From NCBI GenBank assembly GCA_963716725.1, contig CAVQUB010000005.1, positions 734,725-798,724 on the forward strand: a stretch of 64,000 nucleotides of DNA. Direction: 5' to 3'. Position 1 is the first letter of the stretch. Each line of letters opens with the position of its first letter. The position numbers and the translations under genes were made by a program. This document shows positions 19,500-28,980 of this stretch, piece after piece. The DNA comes from an uncultured delta proteobacterium. Its GTDB lineage: Bacteria; Myxococcota_A; Polyangia; Polyangiales; Polyangiaceae. Under the pieces are notes generated by a model, which saw nothing but the letters and a program-made list of their open reading frames with translations, was not told the origin of the DNA and ran no database searches.

Positions 19500-21659
19500 C
19501 TACTTGCTGATCTTCGTGAGCCCCGTCCCGGTCAAGACAACGCTGGTGAACGGCGAGAGGTCGAAGGAGCCGGTCACCGGTTGGCCATCGACGCGCGTTG
19601 CCACTGCGCCGTTCAGGTAAAAGGTTTTGTTGAACATCGTGGTGTTGTAGAAGAGCGCTTCGCTCTCTCCGGCTCCCAGCGCAGACAAGTCACAGCTGGA
19701 TGTGGCGTCCTGTCCCGTCTGCGACTTCCAGCCGGCGAAACTGTAGTTCGTCACGTCGAGCCTGAAGATGTCGGCGCTCTTGTAGTGAGCGACGTACGTG
19801 TTGCCGTTGATGGTGATGGGGCCACCGCTTCGCGAGACCAGGCGGGCGGTCTGGGAGTCACCGATGTCACGGGCCAGAGCGTAGATGAGGTTCTTACTGA
19901 TTGAGGTTCCGCCCAGATCGCCGTTGATGAGCAGCCCGCTCTTCGTGTTGAAGACCGTGTTGTTGGTCACGGTCTCGTTGTAGCTGTCGTGCAGGTAGAT
20001 GCCGTTGGCCGTGCAGTTCGCGACGGTGTTGTGATCGACGGTGACACCGCCAGCGCTCGTGTCGAGGTAGATGCCCTCGCCATAGGGGATATTCCATTTC
20101 GACCATCCCGCCAGGGTCCCAGTGACGCCGTCCACGATGTTGTGTCTGATGATGGAGCCATTGGTGGCGGCGCCCGGATATGCCGCAGACGAGGACGTGT
20201 AGATGCCGCCGCCGTCGTCCTTGGTCAGGCAAGCGTTGTTGATGAAGTTGTACTGGACCACGTTCCTTTGGGCGAACTGGATCCCGTTGTATCCGCTGTC
20301 GATCACCCGGTTGTGCTCGATCGTGTTGTCGTTCCCTTCGACATAGACGCCGGAGCCGGAGAACCAGTACTTGCCGACCCCTGTGATCCCCAGGTTGTCG
20401 AACCTGCAGGTGTCGCTGACCCGGTTCCCGGAGTATGCGGAGTTCTTCGTGAAAGCGTAGATTCCGAAGTGATTGGAGCCTGACACGGTGTTGTCAGACA
20501 CGGAGATCTCCGAGCCATAAGTGAGGTAGATGCCCATCGAATCGAAATCCGAAATGATGTTGTTGGCGACGATGTTGTTCGTTCCGCTGAGCTTGAGCCC
20601 CTCCTTCGATCCCTCCAGGAGGTGAAGGTCGCGGATCGTGACGTAGTTCCTGTCGCTCACGGACACGCCGTTGTCGTGCACCGAGCCCCTCACCGTATGG
20701 GCCACAGGCGAATCGCCAGCAGGGAGCCAGAGGTAGATGGTGCTCGTGCCGGGGTCGAAGTACCACTCGCCCGCCGCGTCGAGAAGCTCGAGCTTGTTGG
20801 TGAGGATGAAGCCTTCGTCGACGTTCAGGCTGGAGTAGGGGGCGGAGGGCAGGGTGATGGTCTTGCCGGTGGACGAGGCGACCTTCACCGAGACGGTCGC
20901 ATAGGCCGTGGTCCGGCCGGTCCATGTCGCTCCGGTGTAGTCGATTCCGGCGTCTAGCCCGGCGGAGGTGAATGACGTGGACGAATTGACCGCGCTGATG
21001 GCAGCGTAGCCCGTGTTGGGGAACCTCGCGGATCGCGCTCGCGTCCCGTCGATGAACAGCTGGGTCACCTCGGCCCCAGCCGTCGCCTTGTAGATGTTGC
21101 CCGCGTGGGGGGTCCAGCCTGTGATGACCTTCGACCCGTAGATCTTGGGGCGCAGTCCGGAGCCATACGCGCCGATAGTGATGGGATTATTTGCAGAGCC
21201 CGAGGCCCCGACCACGACGCTGCCTTCCCATTTTCCGCCGCACTCGAAGGCCACGATGTTTCCGGGCTTCAGGCTCGCGGCGTTCACCTTGTCGATGGTC
21301 GCCCAGGCGGCTGCGGCTGTGAGCCCGTCGTTTCCGTCATTGCCCGACGGACTGACGAAATAAGTGGGCGCGTAGGTGGGCGTGATCTGATCGGTCGCAG
21401 CGGCATCGGGGCCCCCGCCGTCGCTCGGAGCGGCATCGGGGCCACCGCCGTCGCTTGGAGCGGCATCGGGGCCCCCGCCGTCGCTTGGAGCGGCATCGGG
21501 GCCCCCGCCGTCGCCCGGAGCGGCATCGCCCTGGGTGGCGGCGTCGTCTGGCGCGGTGGAGTCACACGCTAGATGGGCGAGGCTGCCAAGGAGGGCCAGG
21601 GCGAAGAGCAACGGCTGGGCCGCGATTCTGGGTGCCCGTAATTTTGCGAGGAGTGCCAA
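19500..21659 (-). CDS. Right-handed parallel beta-helix lipoprotein (polysaccharide lyase-like fold)
   Basis: YFVSPSGNDGNDG..AWATI, GAYGSG.RP.I, LD..GEWYFD, DDGGGIY, GIYLD repeats; lipobox HLAC. Confidence 0.85.
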   Translation of the reverse strand: MALLAKLRAPRIAAQPLLFALALLGSLAHLACDSTAPDDAATQGDAAPGDGGGPDAAPSDGGGPDAAPSDGGGPDAAPSDGGGPDAAATDQITPTYAPTYFVSPSGNDGNDGLTAAAAWATIDKVNAASLKPGNIVAFECGGKWEGSVVVGASGSANNPITIGAYGSGLRPKIYGSKVITGWTPHAGNIYKATAGAEVTQLFIDGTRARSARFPNTGYAAISAVNSSTSFTSAGLDAGIDYTGATWTGRTTAYATVSVKVASSTGKTITLPSAPYSSLNVDEGFILTNKLELLDAAGEWYFDPGTSTIYLWLPAGDSPVAHTVRGSVHDNGVSVSDRNYVTIRDLHLLEGSKEGLKLSGTNNIVANNIISDFDSMGIYLTYGSEISVSDNTVSGSNHFGIYAFTKNSAYSGNRVSDTCRFDNLGITGVGKYWFSGSGVYVEGNDNTIEHNRVIDSGYNGIQFAQRNVVQYNFINNACLTKDDGGGIYTSSSAAYPGAATNGSIIRHNIVDGVTGTLAGWSKWNIPYGEGIYLDTSAGGVTVDHNTVANCTANGIYLHDSYNETVTNNTVFNTKSGLLINGDLGGTSISKNLIYALARDIGDSQTARLVSRSGGPITINGNTYVAHYKSADIFRLDVTNYSFAGWKSQTGQDATSSCDLSALGAGESEALFYNTTMFNKTFYLNGAVATRVDGQPVTGSFDLSPFTSVVLTGTGLTKISK
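21399..21527. repeat. 30-bp tandem repeat, about 4 copies, coding DAAPSDGGGP
   Basis: cggcatcggggcc(c/a)ccgccgtcgc..ggag repeated. Confidence 0.9.
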
Positions 21660-21934
21660 ACGCCAACTTCATCTCCTTGGGTCACGATGGCTGGAGCGCC
21701 GCCCGGCCTGGACGAGGAAGTCGCCCTTGCTTCGCGAGTTCGCCGACACGTATCGCCCTGAAGGCGTCGACTTGTACGAGTTGGCTCTCGAACTTCTTCC
21801 TTCGCCCAACTTTGCCCGGTGGTTTGAGTTCACTGGTCTCGCGCGCGTGCCGTGCGATCAGCTCGCAGGCAGGCGGGCAGCTCACGGAGCGCCTGGAGCC
21901 ACTGCGAGGCAGCATCCGTCACCGAGTTGCTCGA

Positions 21935-22183
21935 TCACAACGTCGCGTACCCTTCCTGCGTTGCGGGGGCTTCGTTCTGACTTTGGGCACGATGCGTGTA
22001 ATACCAAAGAGAGGCGTTGAACACGACGGCGCCCATCACGTTGCCGATGGTGACGGGGATCTGATTCCACACCCACCATTCGACAATCGTGACTTTGGCA
22101 CCTGCGAGAATGCCGACCGGGAACACGAACATGTTCACCACGCTGTGCTCAAAGCCCAAGGCAAAGAATGTGGCGATGCCCCC
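21935..22183 (-). pseudogene. C-terminal remnant of a formate/nitrite transporter (FNT family)
   Basis: IATFFALGFEHSVVNMF..P.G......W..NQIPVTIGN..G is the FNT C-terminal signature. An in-frame TGA at 22184-22186 lies just upstream and there is no N-terminal part. Confidence 0.8.
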
Positions 22184-22191
22184 TCAGGGCG

Positions 22192-22803
22192 TCAGCGTAG
22201 GTTCGGAGGAAGGCGCTTGACGAAGCGGCTGCCTTGGAGCGGGTACGTGAAGCCCTCCAGGTCGCGCAGGGCGCCGCGCCGCTTCTTCCCGAGCAGGCGC
22301 AACTGATACGCATCGACCGCGCCTACCCAGCGAAGGCAGTCCTCGCCGCGCAAGAACAAGAAATAGCGCCAGTAGTCCACGGAGGTGTAGACGAGGACAA
22401 CGTCAGCGTCGCCATCGCCGTCCAGGTCGCGATCGACACCGAACCCCGCTGGTGAACTCGGCCCAAGTTGCCCCTCCAAGATCGGCGCGTCCTCCAAGTC
22501 GGCGAACGTGGCGTGACCGTCCTCGGGGTGAAAAGCGTCCTTTGGTAGCTGGCCAAGAGTCTTCTCCAGCGCTTCGGAGGAACAGACGAGTACGGGAGGG
22601 GCAGCTTGTGCAGCGGGGGTCGGCGTGGATGGAGCGCTCGCTGGGCGTGGCCAGTCCGCCGCTTTGCTTCGAGCCTCTCGTATCGGCGCCGAGAGCGCCG
22701 CCGAGGGCGCAGGGGGGAGCGATGGTGTCACTCGCGCCCGAGTCGAAGACGATCCGGGAGAGCAGGCGACCGCCACTACGGCGAGCAGCGCGGCCTTGTA
22801 CAT
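22192..22803 (-). CDS. Hypothetical lipoprotein
   Basis: MYKAALLAVVAVAC lipobox, Pro/Ala linker, DLDGDGDAD motif. Confidence 0.6.
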   Translation of the reverse strand: MYKAALLAVVAVACSPGSSSTRARVTPSLPPAPSAALSAPIREARSKAADWPRPASAPSTPTPAAQAAPPVLVCSSEALEKTLGQLPKDAFHPEDGHATFADLEDAPILEGQLGPSSPAGFGVDRDLDGDGDADVVLVYTSVDYWRYFLFLRGEDCLRWVGAVDAYQLRLLGKKRRGALRDLEGFTYPLQGSRFVKRLPPNLR

Positions 22804-23029
22804 GATGCCAGACGGAACGCTTGACCGCTGCGTGGTCTTCCGCGATCTGAAAGTGGGCATTCGGTACGTTTCCCACCGCAAGCGCGATGCTGAGCGACAC
22901 GCGGATCTGCGCGGCATTCAGGTCTTGGTGCTCGCGAAGGGGCGCGATGGTCACGTGCGGCGCGAGCACGTGCGGCGCTTGGAAGCTGGCCGCTTGACGC
23001 GACCCCTGGTTGGAGTCCTAAAAGGGAAG

Positions 23030-24112
23030 ATGACCGGACGGTTTTGGGTCTCAGCGTTGGTGCTTTCCCTCCTCGGCTGCTCGAAGAGCCCATCCTCAGA
23101 GCAGCAAGCCAAGCCGGAGGGCTCATTGCCGGCGAAGTCCGCAAGCGCCCCCACCGGGTCCACCACGGCCCCGCAGGCCCCCGCGACCCTCGCGTCGGCG
23201 GCGCCGTCAGCCTCAGCTGCGCCGCGCTTCACGTACCCGATTGAGTTTTGCGGTAAGAAGCATGGCGAGGACACGACCCGCGTCTACTGCGAAACCTCCG
23301 AAGTCGTGGACGGGATCAAGGACCTCGGTCCGCTCGCCGGCCTCAAGAAGCTGAGAGTACTGATCATCCTCCCGGGTCCTGCGGGTACGCCAGCCGATGA
23401 TCTCTCGCCTCTCAGGGAACTCACGGAACTCAGAGAAGTCGTCCTCGCGGACATGAGGGTGAAGAGCATTGAGCCGCTGGCTGGACTCACCAAGCTGGAG
23501 ACGCTCTCCCTCGGGAACAGCGGAATGCGCGACCTCACGCCGCTGGCCAAGCTCACCCGGCTTCGGAAACTCGATCTTTCCTGGGCTCGAGAAGTGAGCG
23601 ATCTGACACCACTCTCGGGCATGACAGAACTCCGAGAGTTTCGGGGAGTCCCGGTCAGCGATCTGAGTCAACTGGAGCCCCTGCAGAAGCTGGAGATCCT
23701 CGATATCGGAAGCTCGAAAGTGACCGACCTGACTCCGCTGCAGAAGCTGCCCGCACTGCGCGAACTCAACCTGAACAACTGCGAGAAGCTTGCAGATGCC
23801 TCTCCTCTGTCGAAGCTGAGCAAGCTGACGCGCCTCGATCTGGGCCGTACGAAAGTGACCGACCTAGCTCCCTTGGCGAGCCTCAGCGATCTCACATACC
23901 TCCGGCTCGCCAACTGCAAGCTGGCGGACATCTCCCCGCTCGCCAACCTTGGCAAGCTGGAGTTCCTGGACATAGGCGACACCGGTCTCATGGATGTGGC
24001 GCCGATCTTCGGCCTTGCGAAGCTGAAGACCGTCCAGCTCTACGGCACCCGCGTGCCGGAGCCGCAGCGGGCGGAACTCAAGACCAAGCTGCCTGGATTG
24101 ACCGTCCGGTAG
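23030..24112 (+). CDS. Internalin-like leucine-rich-repeat lipoprotein
   Basis: LLGC lipobox; about ten 22-aa DLxPLxxLxxLxxLxL repeats. Confidence 0.88.
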   Translation: MTGRFWVSALVLSLLGCSKSPSSEQQAKPEGSLPAKSASAPTGSTTAPQAPATLASAAPSASAAPRFTYPIEFCGKKHGEDTTRVYCETSEVVDGIKDLGPLAGLKKLRVLIILPGPAGTPADDLSPLRELTELREVVLADMRVKSIEPLAGLTKLETLSLGNSGMRDLTPLAKLTRLRKLDLSWAREVSDLTPLSGMTELREFRGVPVSDLSQLEPLQKLEILDIGSSKVTDLTPLQKLPALRELNLNNCEKLADASPLSKLSKLTRLDLGRTKVTDLAPLASLSDLTYLRLANCKLADISPLANLGKLEFLDIGDTGLMDVAPIFGLAKLKTVQLYGTRVPEPQRAELKTKLPGLTVR

Positions 24113-24222
24113 CGAGCGCGCGCGGGCGGAGGGGACGCGTTGTGCCGGGGCTGGCGGCCACGCGTGCACCCAGGCTCGCGGCAGTCGTGGCTCAACCTCG
24201 CAGGAGGCGCTATGGTCTCACC

Positions 24223-24435
24223 GTGACGATCATCGATTGGAACGGAACGGACGTCCCCGAAGCCCTTCGCCATCTGCCTGCAGGACGGTACGCGATGGAA
24301 CCACTCGACGAGGCCCTCGAGCTGAGCGCGGACGAGGAAGAGGGTCTGGTGAAGGCACTGCAGTCCCTCCGCGAGGGCCGCGGTGTTCCCCACGATCACG
24401 CCTGCGCATTGTTGCGCCGGCGTGACGCACGGTGA
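24223..24435 (+). CDS. Small antitoxin-like (addiction-module type) protein
   Basis: GTG start; IDWNG.DVP..LR.LP.GRY, LS.DEEEGL..AL.SL..GRG. Confidence 0.45.
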   Translation: MTIIDWNGTDVPEALRHLPAGRYAMEPLDEALELSADEEEGLVKALQSLREGRGVPHDHACALLRRRDAR

Positions 24436-24773
24436 GCAGCTTCAGCTCGACGCCGCGGGTGAACTGCGCGCCGCCCGGTTTCTTCCGGACCAGGCCCGGG
24501 GTCGCGCAATGGCAGGCGGTCGCGGCGTCCGCGGCCGCGAAGAACGGTCGCGTCCACCATCGCGTGCGGCAGTGCCTCGCGGGCGGCTCGACCTGCGTCG
24601 CGAGCACCACGGCGGCGGTGCCGGCGTACGTAGTGCTCGACCTGCCGCCGGGAGGGTGCAACAGCGAGCAGTGCACCGCTTCGCAGCGGCGGAGCGGCTC
24701 GACCTGGCCTTGGCTGGCCGCCGGTCTCGCGCTCGCGAGCGCGCTCTTCCGGAGAGGCCGGAGGCGCGCGTGA
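24432..24773 (+). pseudogene. Probable C-terminal fragment of a MYXO-CTERM-type protein
   Basis: Ends GGC...C, hydrophobic WPWLAAGLALASALF and RRGRRRA; no signal peptide. Confidence 0.45.
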
Positions 24774-25717
24774 GGCTCTTCGCGGTGCTGCTGCTCGCAC
24801 TGGTCGCGGCGTGCGGCGGGCAGACCGCGGAGGATCGCCCGCGCTCCCCCTGGCCCGAGAGCGGCTGCCCGCCCAGCCACGAGCTGCGCGACGGCCGCTG
24901 CACGATGCGCGAGATCCACGTGCCGGGTGGAGGCTTCATGATGGGCCGAGGCTTCTGTCCGAAGTCGGGATCCGAAAAGACGCCGCCGGACCTCGAGTGC
25001 CCGTTCGCTGACCAGCCGCACTGGGTCGAGGTCGCTCCGTTCTGGGTGGACGTGACGCTGTTCACCTACGCGGACTACGGCAAGCTCGGCTTGCCCTACG
25101 ACGACGCCGCGGACTGTCCGAACCGCGAGATCGAGTGCGCCGCGCCGCTGGCGTATATGCCGGCCGATGGCGGCCTTGGCGGCCTTCTCGGTAGCCCCCC
25201 AGGGAATCTGTCCGACACAGACCTGGCATGTTCCCAACACGGAAAGCGAGCGATCCGCGAGGCTGAGTGGGAGTGGCTGGCCACCTGGGGCGGCACCCGA
25301 ACCTATCCCTGGGGGGAGGCGGAGCCGACCTGCGAGCGCGGGCACATCGATTCATCGGAGTGTCGCCTGGTCAACCCGGTCGAGTGGTACACGGGCATGG
25401 ACGTTCCGGTTTCGAAAGTGGCCTCCCACCTGCCCACCCCGGAGGGCGTGTACGATCTCACGGGCGGTGGCGGCGAATGGGTGCTGCCTTCGCCCAGTGT
25501 GGTCTACACGGACGGATACCCGGAGCCGATGGCGAAGCTCCCCGCCTGCCCGAATGGGCAGAATAACTGCGGGTGGATTTCAGGCGGCTGGGTCGCCGGA
25601 CTGCGCGGAGGAGCAACCGACAGCCCCGCGCGCCACTTCGGAGGTGCATATCGAGGCGCGAACCGGAGCCCCCGCAAACTCCCAACCGGCTTCCGCTGCG
25701 TACGCCCCGCGCTCTGA
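24770..25717 (+). CDS. Formylglycine-generating enzyme/SUMF1-domain lipoprotein
   Basis: LVAAC lipobox, VPGGGF.MG, REAEWE, YPWG, GVYDL.G...EW, RGG, GFRC. Confidence 0.85.
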   Translation: MRLFAVLLLALVAACGGQTAEDRPRSPWPESGCPPSHELRDGRCTMREIHVPGGGFMMGRGFCPKSGSEKTPPDLECPFADQPHWVEVAPFWVDVTLFTYADYGKLGLPYDDAADCPNREIECAAPLAYMPADGGLGGLLGSPPGNLSDTDLACSQHGKRAIREAEWEWLATWGGTRTYPWGEAEPTCERGHIDSSECRLVNPVEWYTGMDVPVSKVASHLPTPEGVYDLTGGGGEWVLPSPSVVYTDGYPEPMAKLPACPNGQNNCGWISGGWVAGLRGGATDSPARHFGGAYRGANRSPRKLPTGFRCVRPAL

Positions 25718-25776
25718 GCCGGCGTCGGGATCGGCTTGCCCGATCTACTTCGACGCCTCGGTCTCCCCCCCCACCA

Positions 25777-25845
25777 TCACGATCCCGGTCGCTTCACCGG
25801 CTTCTCCAAACACAGCCGCGCCGCGGGCTTGAAACCTGCTCTCTG
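25777..25845 (-). repeat. Displaced copy 1 of the GNAT gene 3' end (QRAGFKPAARLCLEKPVKRPGS*)
   Basis: Codon-for-codon match to 36654-36722, with synonymous changes and G>S at the last codon. Confidence 0.9.
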
Positions 25846-25982
25846 TCTTTGTGCCTCCCCTCGTCTCGCTTCGCTCGCCGGTCCCCTCCTTGCCCGGTGC
25901 GCGCGAGCGAAAGTGTCTTGCCGAGATCACGGGCGCAGTGCCGATGCTCGCGCGCACGCGGACGGAGGGGACGCGTTGTTCC
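25846..25982. repeat. Non-coding arm, copy 1 (about 137 bp)
   Basis: Three differences from 26879-27014 by eye; contains a gcgcgagc...gctcgcgc inverted repeat and the GGAGGGGACGCGTTG core. Confidence 0.9.
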
Positions 25983-26054
25983 GTGCCCGACGCTCTGTCG
26001 AGCTCCGGCGCTCGCCCGGTGGACTTGCCATGCGACCGCGCCTATCGTCCCGTC

Positions 26055-26750
26055 ATGTGGGTACGCTCTAGAAACATCTTCGCGTTCTGTGCGGCCGGTG
26101 TTGTGGCGTGCACCGCTGCGGATCGTCCCATCGTTGCTGGGCCCGCAACCACGGGTGCGCCGTCGCCGGACGCTGCGCCCCCGACTCCCAGCAGGGATAC
26201 CGCCGACGCCGGCGGGATCCCTGCCCCATCGCCGGGGATTGCTCTGGCCGACTTTCCGCGCGCGGTCGCCGGATTTCCATTCGGCCAGACGGAGGCCCAA
26301 TTCCGCGCCGCATGCGAAGCCGCCGGCGGTGGGGGCACTTCGTCCCCCGGCGAAGCGACATGCTCGAAGGCGCCCGTTCCCGTGGACTTGGACCTGGGGT
26401 TCAAGGTCCTCACCGTGACCGCGATCTTCTGCGGCGGCACGGTGTGTGAGATCGGGCTGGGCGGCGTCGCGGATCCCGAGACCGCCCGCAGGGCGGCATC
26501 GCGGCTGGAGGGGAAGTACGGCCGGCCTGGTGATCCCGGACCGAACGGGCAGTGCGACGTGGACTGGCAGGACGCGCGGTTCCGGCGGATGTGGATATGG
26601 CCGGGGACTCAGCGCAAAGTCGAGGGCGCGTTGCTTCTCGTGTATTCGTGCTTGGACTCCCTGGTCCCGACCTTGCACGTCTTCTACCAGAACGAACGGG
26701 CCGTGGAGCGTCGGCGGGGCGACATGTCGGAACGCCAGCGAAACTGGTAG
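26055..26750 (+). CDS. Hypothetical Cys-containing lipoprotein
   Basis: GVVAC lipobox, Pro linker, P.AVAGF.FG, L.GKYG.P motif. Confidence 0.65.
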   Translation: MWVRSRNIFAFCAAGVVACTAADRPIVAGPATTGAPSPDAAPPTPSRDTADAGGIPAPSPGIALADFPRAVAGFPFGQTEAQFRAACEAAGGGGTSSPGEATCSKAPVPVDLDLGFKVLTVTAIFCGGTVCEIGLGGVADPETARRAASRLEGKYGRPGDPGPNGQCDVDWQDARFRRMWIWPGTQRKVEGALLLVYSCLDSLVPTLHVFYQNERAVERRRGDMSERQRNW

Positions 26751-26809
26751 CGCAAAGTCGTCCGTGCCAACGCACGGCGCCTGGGCGTAAGGGTCCTCGT
26801 TCCGCCGCC

Positions 26810-26878
26810 CTACCCCCCCGGCCGCTTCACAGCCTTCTCCAAGCACAATCTCGCCGCGGGCTTGAAGCCGGCCCGCTG
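26810..26878 (-). repeat. Displaced copy 2 of the GNAT gene 3' end (QRAGFKPAARLCLEKAVKRPGG*)
   Basis: 69 nt, same first codon and same stop position as the resident tail. Confidence 0.9.
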
Positions 26879-27014
26879 TCTTTGTGCCTCCCCTCATCTC
26901 GCTTCGCTCGCCGTCCCCTCCTTGCCCGGCGCGCGCGAGCGAAAGTGTCTTGCCGAGATCACGGGCGCAGTGCCGATGCTCGCGCGCACGCGGACGGAGG
27001 GGACGCGTTGTTCC
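26879..27014. repeat. Non-coding arm, copy 2
   Basis: Near-identical to 25846-25982. Confidence 0.9.
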
Positions 27015-27020
27015 AGACGG

Positions 27021-27136
27021 GAGCGCAACTCGTGAGTTGTCGATATCGATCGCGGCACCTGGGACAGAGCCGGGCACCCTGCGCGGTTGCGCGAGTTCGG
27101 CGCTGATCAAGGTGCGGCGGTTCTCGCTGATCGCTT
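27021..27136 (-). repeat. Repeat D copy 1 (coding-derived, AISENRRTLISAELAQPRRVPGSVPGAAIDID)
   Basis: Homologous to 28822-28939 and 32533-32596. Confidence 0.85.
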
Positions 27137-27506
27137 ACACCAAGCGAACAGGACGTTGAGTGCAACGGTGTGACTCGCCTTCAGTTCGGTACCGAATTCC
27201 CGCGACAGTCCCAGCGCCGGCAAGCGATCCCTGAACCCCCTCGATCCCGCCTCGCTGAGCGGCTGAATTTCTTCCGTTCGCGATCGGCGCTCAACGAGAG
27301 CTGAAACCAGTCGGTTGGGGAACAAGGACGTTCCCTCTCGCCCCCGCCAGTGGCCAGCGACCCTTTCGCTGCCGCCGACCCCGGCCGAGCCGCTGCGAGC
27401 AGGACCACGAGACCGGTCACAGTGCTTTGCCAGGGGTCTGCACCATCGCCCGAGTCGGGGAGGTCACCATCGTCCGACGCAATCCTCGCCGAACAGCGCG
27501 CGAACA

Positions 27507-28316
27507 CTACATCCCAGCGCTTCTCATCTCACGGTCGGCGTCATCCAGGGACTTTTGAGCGTTACCACACATGCGCTCGGTGGGTTCAACGCATGCCGAC
27601 GTGCAGATTCGGACCAAGTAGGCGCCACTCCTCAATGCGCTGACCCCTGGGATTGTGAGCGCCATCTTGTCGAGCTCACTCCGAATCGGGTCGACTTTCT
27701 GCCACTCCGAACGCGCGAGTTCCATACACTCGACTGTGTGGCTGTAGTCTTCGCTCCACTTCGCGAAGCGTGCTCGGGCGACGATCTGGCGAAGGTCGCC
27801 GAGGAGCACCCTCGCGCGCTTGCGTGCGGCACCCTCGTGCACATCGCGGATCTTTTTCAACTCCGCCCGTTCAGCTGACGAATCGGCAGCGCTGGTGAGG
27901 ACTTCAACTGCATCGTCGTCACAAATGCCGCTGGAAAAACATTCGCTGCGGAGGCGGTCTCGGCGCTGTTCGCGTGACATTGTTCGTGCTGACTCGAGAG
28001 TGAGCGCCGGAGGTTCCGGCGGCTCGGCCGGCGTTGAATTCACCGGTGAAGATGCGAACCCGCTCCGGCTGCGCGCGATGCGAACCCCGAGGCCGGCAAC
28101 CTCCGGACGCCGATCTGATTCACAAGACTGCGACGCCCGCGTCAACGCCGTGTCGGCTTCCTCAAATTTCCCAGAAGCGGCTGCCAAGTGCCCGGCGTTC
28201 AGACTTCGTTGGCACTCGTTTTCAGCGGTCCTGCCCGATGAATAGACGATGGCGGCGGCCACGAACAGCGCCCCCAGGGCGATGCCCACGCCCACCCAGA
28301 TGCCAAGTCGGTCCAC
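27507..28316 (-). CDS. Hypothetical membrane-anchored Cys-containing protein
   Basis: GGAGGAG RBS 7 nt before the GTG at 28316; N-terminal TM segment and a TPR-like helix pair. Confidence 0.55.
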   Translation of the reverse strand: MDRLGIWVGVGIALGALFVAAAIVYSSGRTAENECQRSLNAGHLAAASGKFEEADTALTRASQSCESDRRPEVAGLGVRIARSRSGFASSPVNSTPAEPPEPPALTLESARTMSREQRRDRLRSECFSSGICDDDAVEVLTSAADSSAERAELKKIRDVHEGAARKRARVLLGDLRQIVARARFAKWSEDYSHTVECMELARSEWQKVDPIRSELDKMALTIPGVSALRSGAYLVRICTSACVEPTERMCGNAQKSLDDADREMRSAGM

Positions 28317-28772
28317 GACAATTCTCCTCCCAGAACCTCTGCAATCATACAGCAGGATCGGAGGACCTCGGACGCGGGCACTCGCGGAAAGAAAACGCGG
28401 CCCGAATGGGGCGCGACACCGCAAAAAGGCGTCGCAACTCCCTCCGCCGCGGGGACGGCAGCCGGGCGTGCCCCGCTCGGGTCCGCCCAACGTCGGAGGC
28501 AAGCCAAACCGAGGCGTTTGGGCAAGGCCAGGCGCGTGGGGCGCGGGGGAAGAAGTCGACAGATCACGTGTCGTGCGCCGTGCCTGACCCGCGACGGACC
28601 ACGCAGGCTTGCTGGACCTCGGCCGCGCATCCGCAACCGGCGTGCCTGCGCTCTACGCCTAGGACTATGGCAACTCCGCGTGTGCACTGGGGTGGCGAAG
28701 CCACCTTCGCCGGTGGTGATCGCCGCTCCGGTCGCGGCGCCTCGGTCCGTCTCGCCAAGCGTACGACACCGG

Positions 28773-28814
28773 CGGCCTCACCGGCTGCTCCAGACACAAC
28801 CGCGCGGCGGGCTT
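28773..28814 (-). repeat. Displaced copy 3 of the GNAT 3' end (KPAARLCLEQPVRP), shorter and more diverged
   Basis: aagcccgccgcgcggttgtgtctggagcagccggtgaggccg on the minus strand. Confidence 0.8.
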
Positions 28815-28821
28815 CGGTGCT

Positions 28822-28939
28822 GAGCGCAACCCCTGTGTCATCGATGTCGATTGCGGCACCTGGCACAGAGCCGGGCATCTTGCGCGGTTGCGCGAGCTCG
28901 ACGCTGATCAAGGTGCGGCGGTTCTCGCTAATAGCTTCC
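28822..28939 (-). repeat. Repeat D copy 2
   Basis: EAISENRRTLISVELAQPRKMPGSVPGAAIDIDD; many third-position differences from copy 1. Confidence 0.85.
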
Positions 28940-28980
28940 AGTGTCCGGCAGGAAGCAGATCTGCCATACTTAGAAGCGCG

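Noticed and set aside
25794..27110. 438-aa minus-strand ORF with an internal repeat
   Set aside because: Read-through of the repeat modules and the antisense of the 26055-26750 lipoprotein gene; not in the frame showing synonymous conservation of the GNAT tails.
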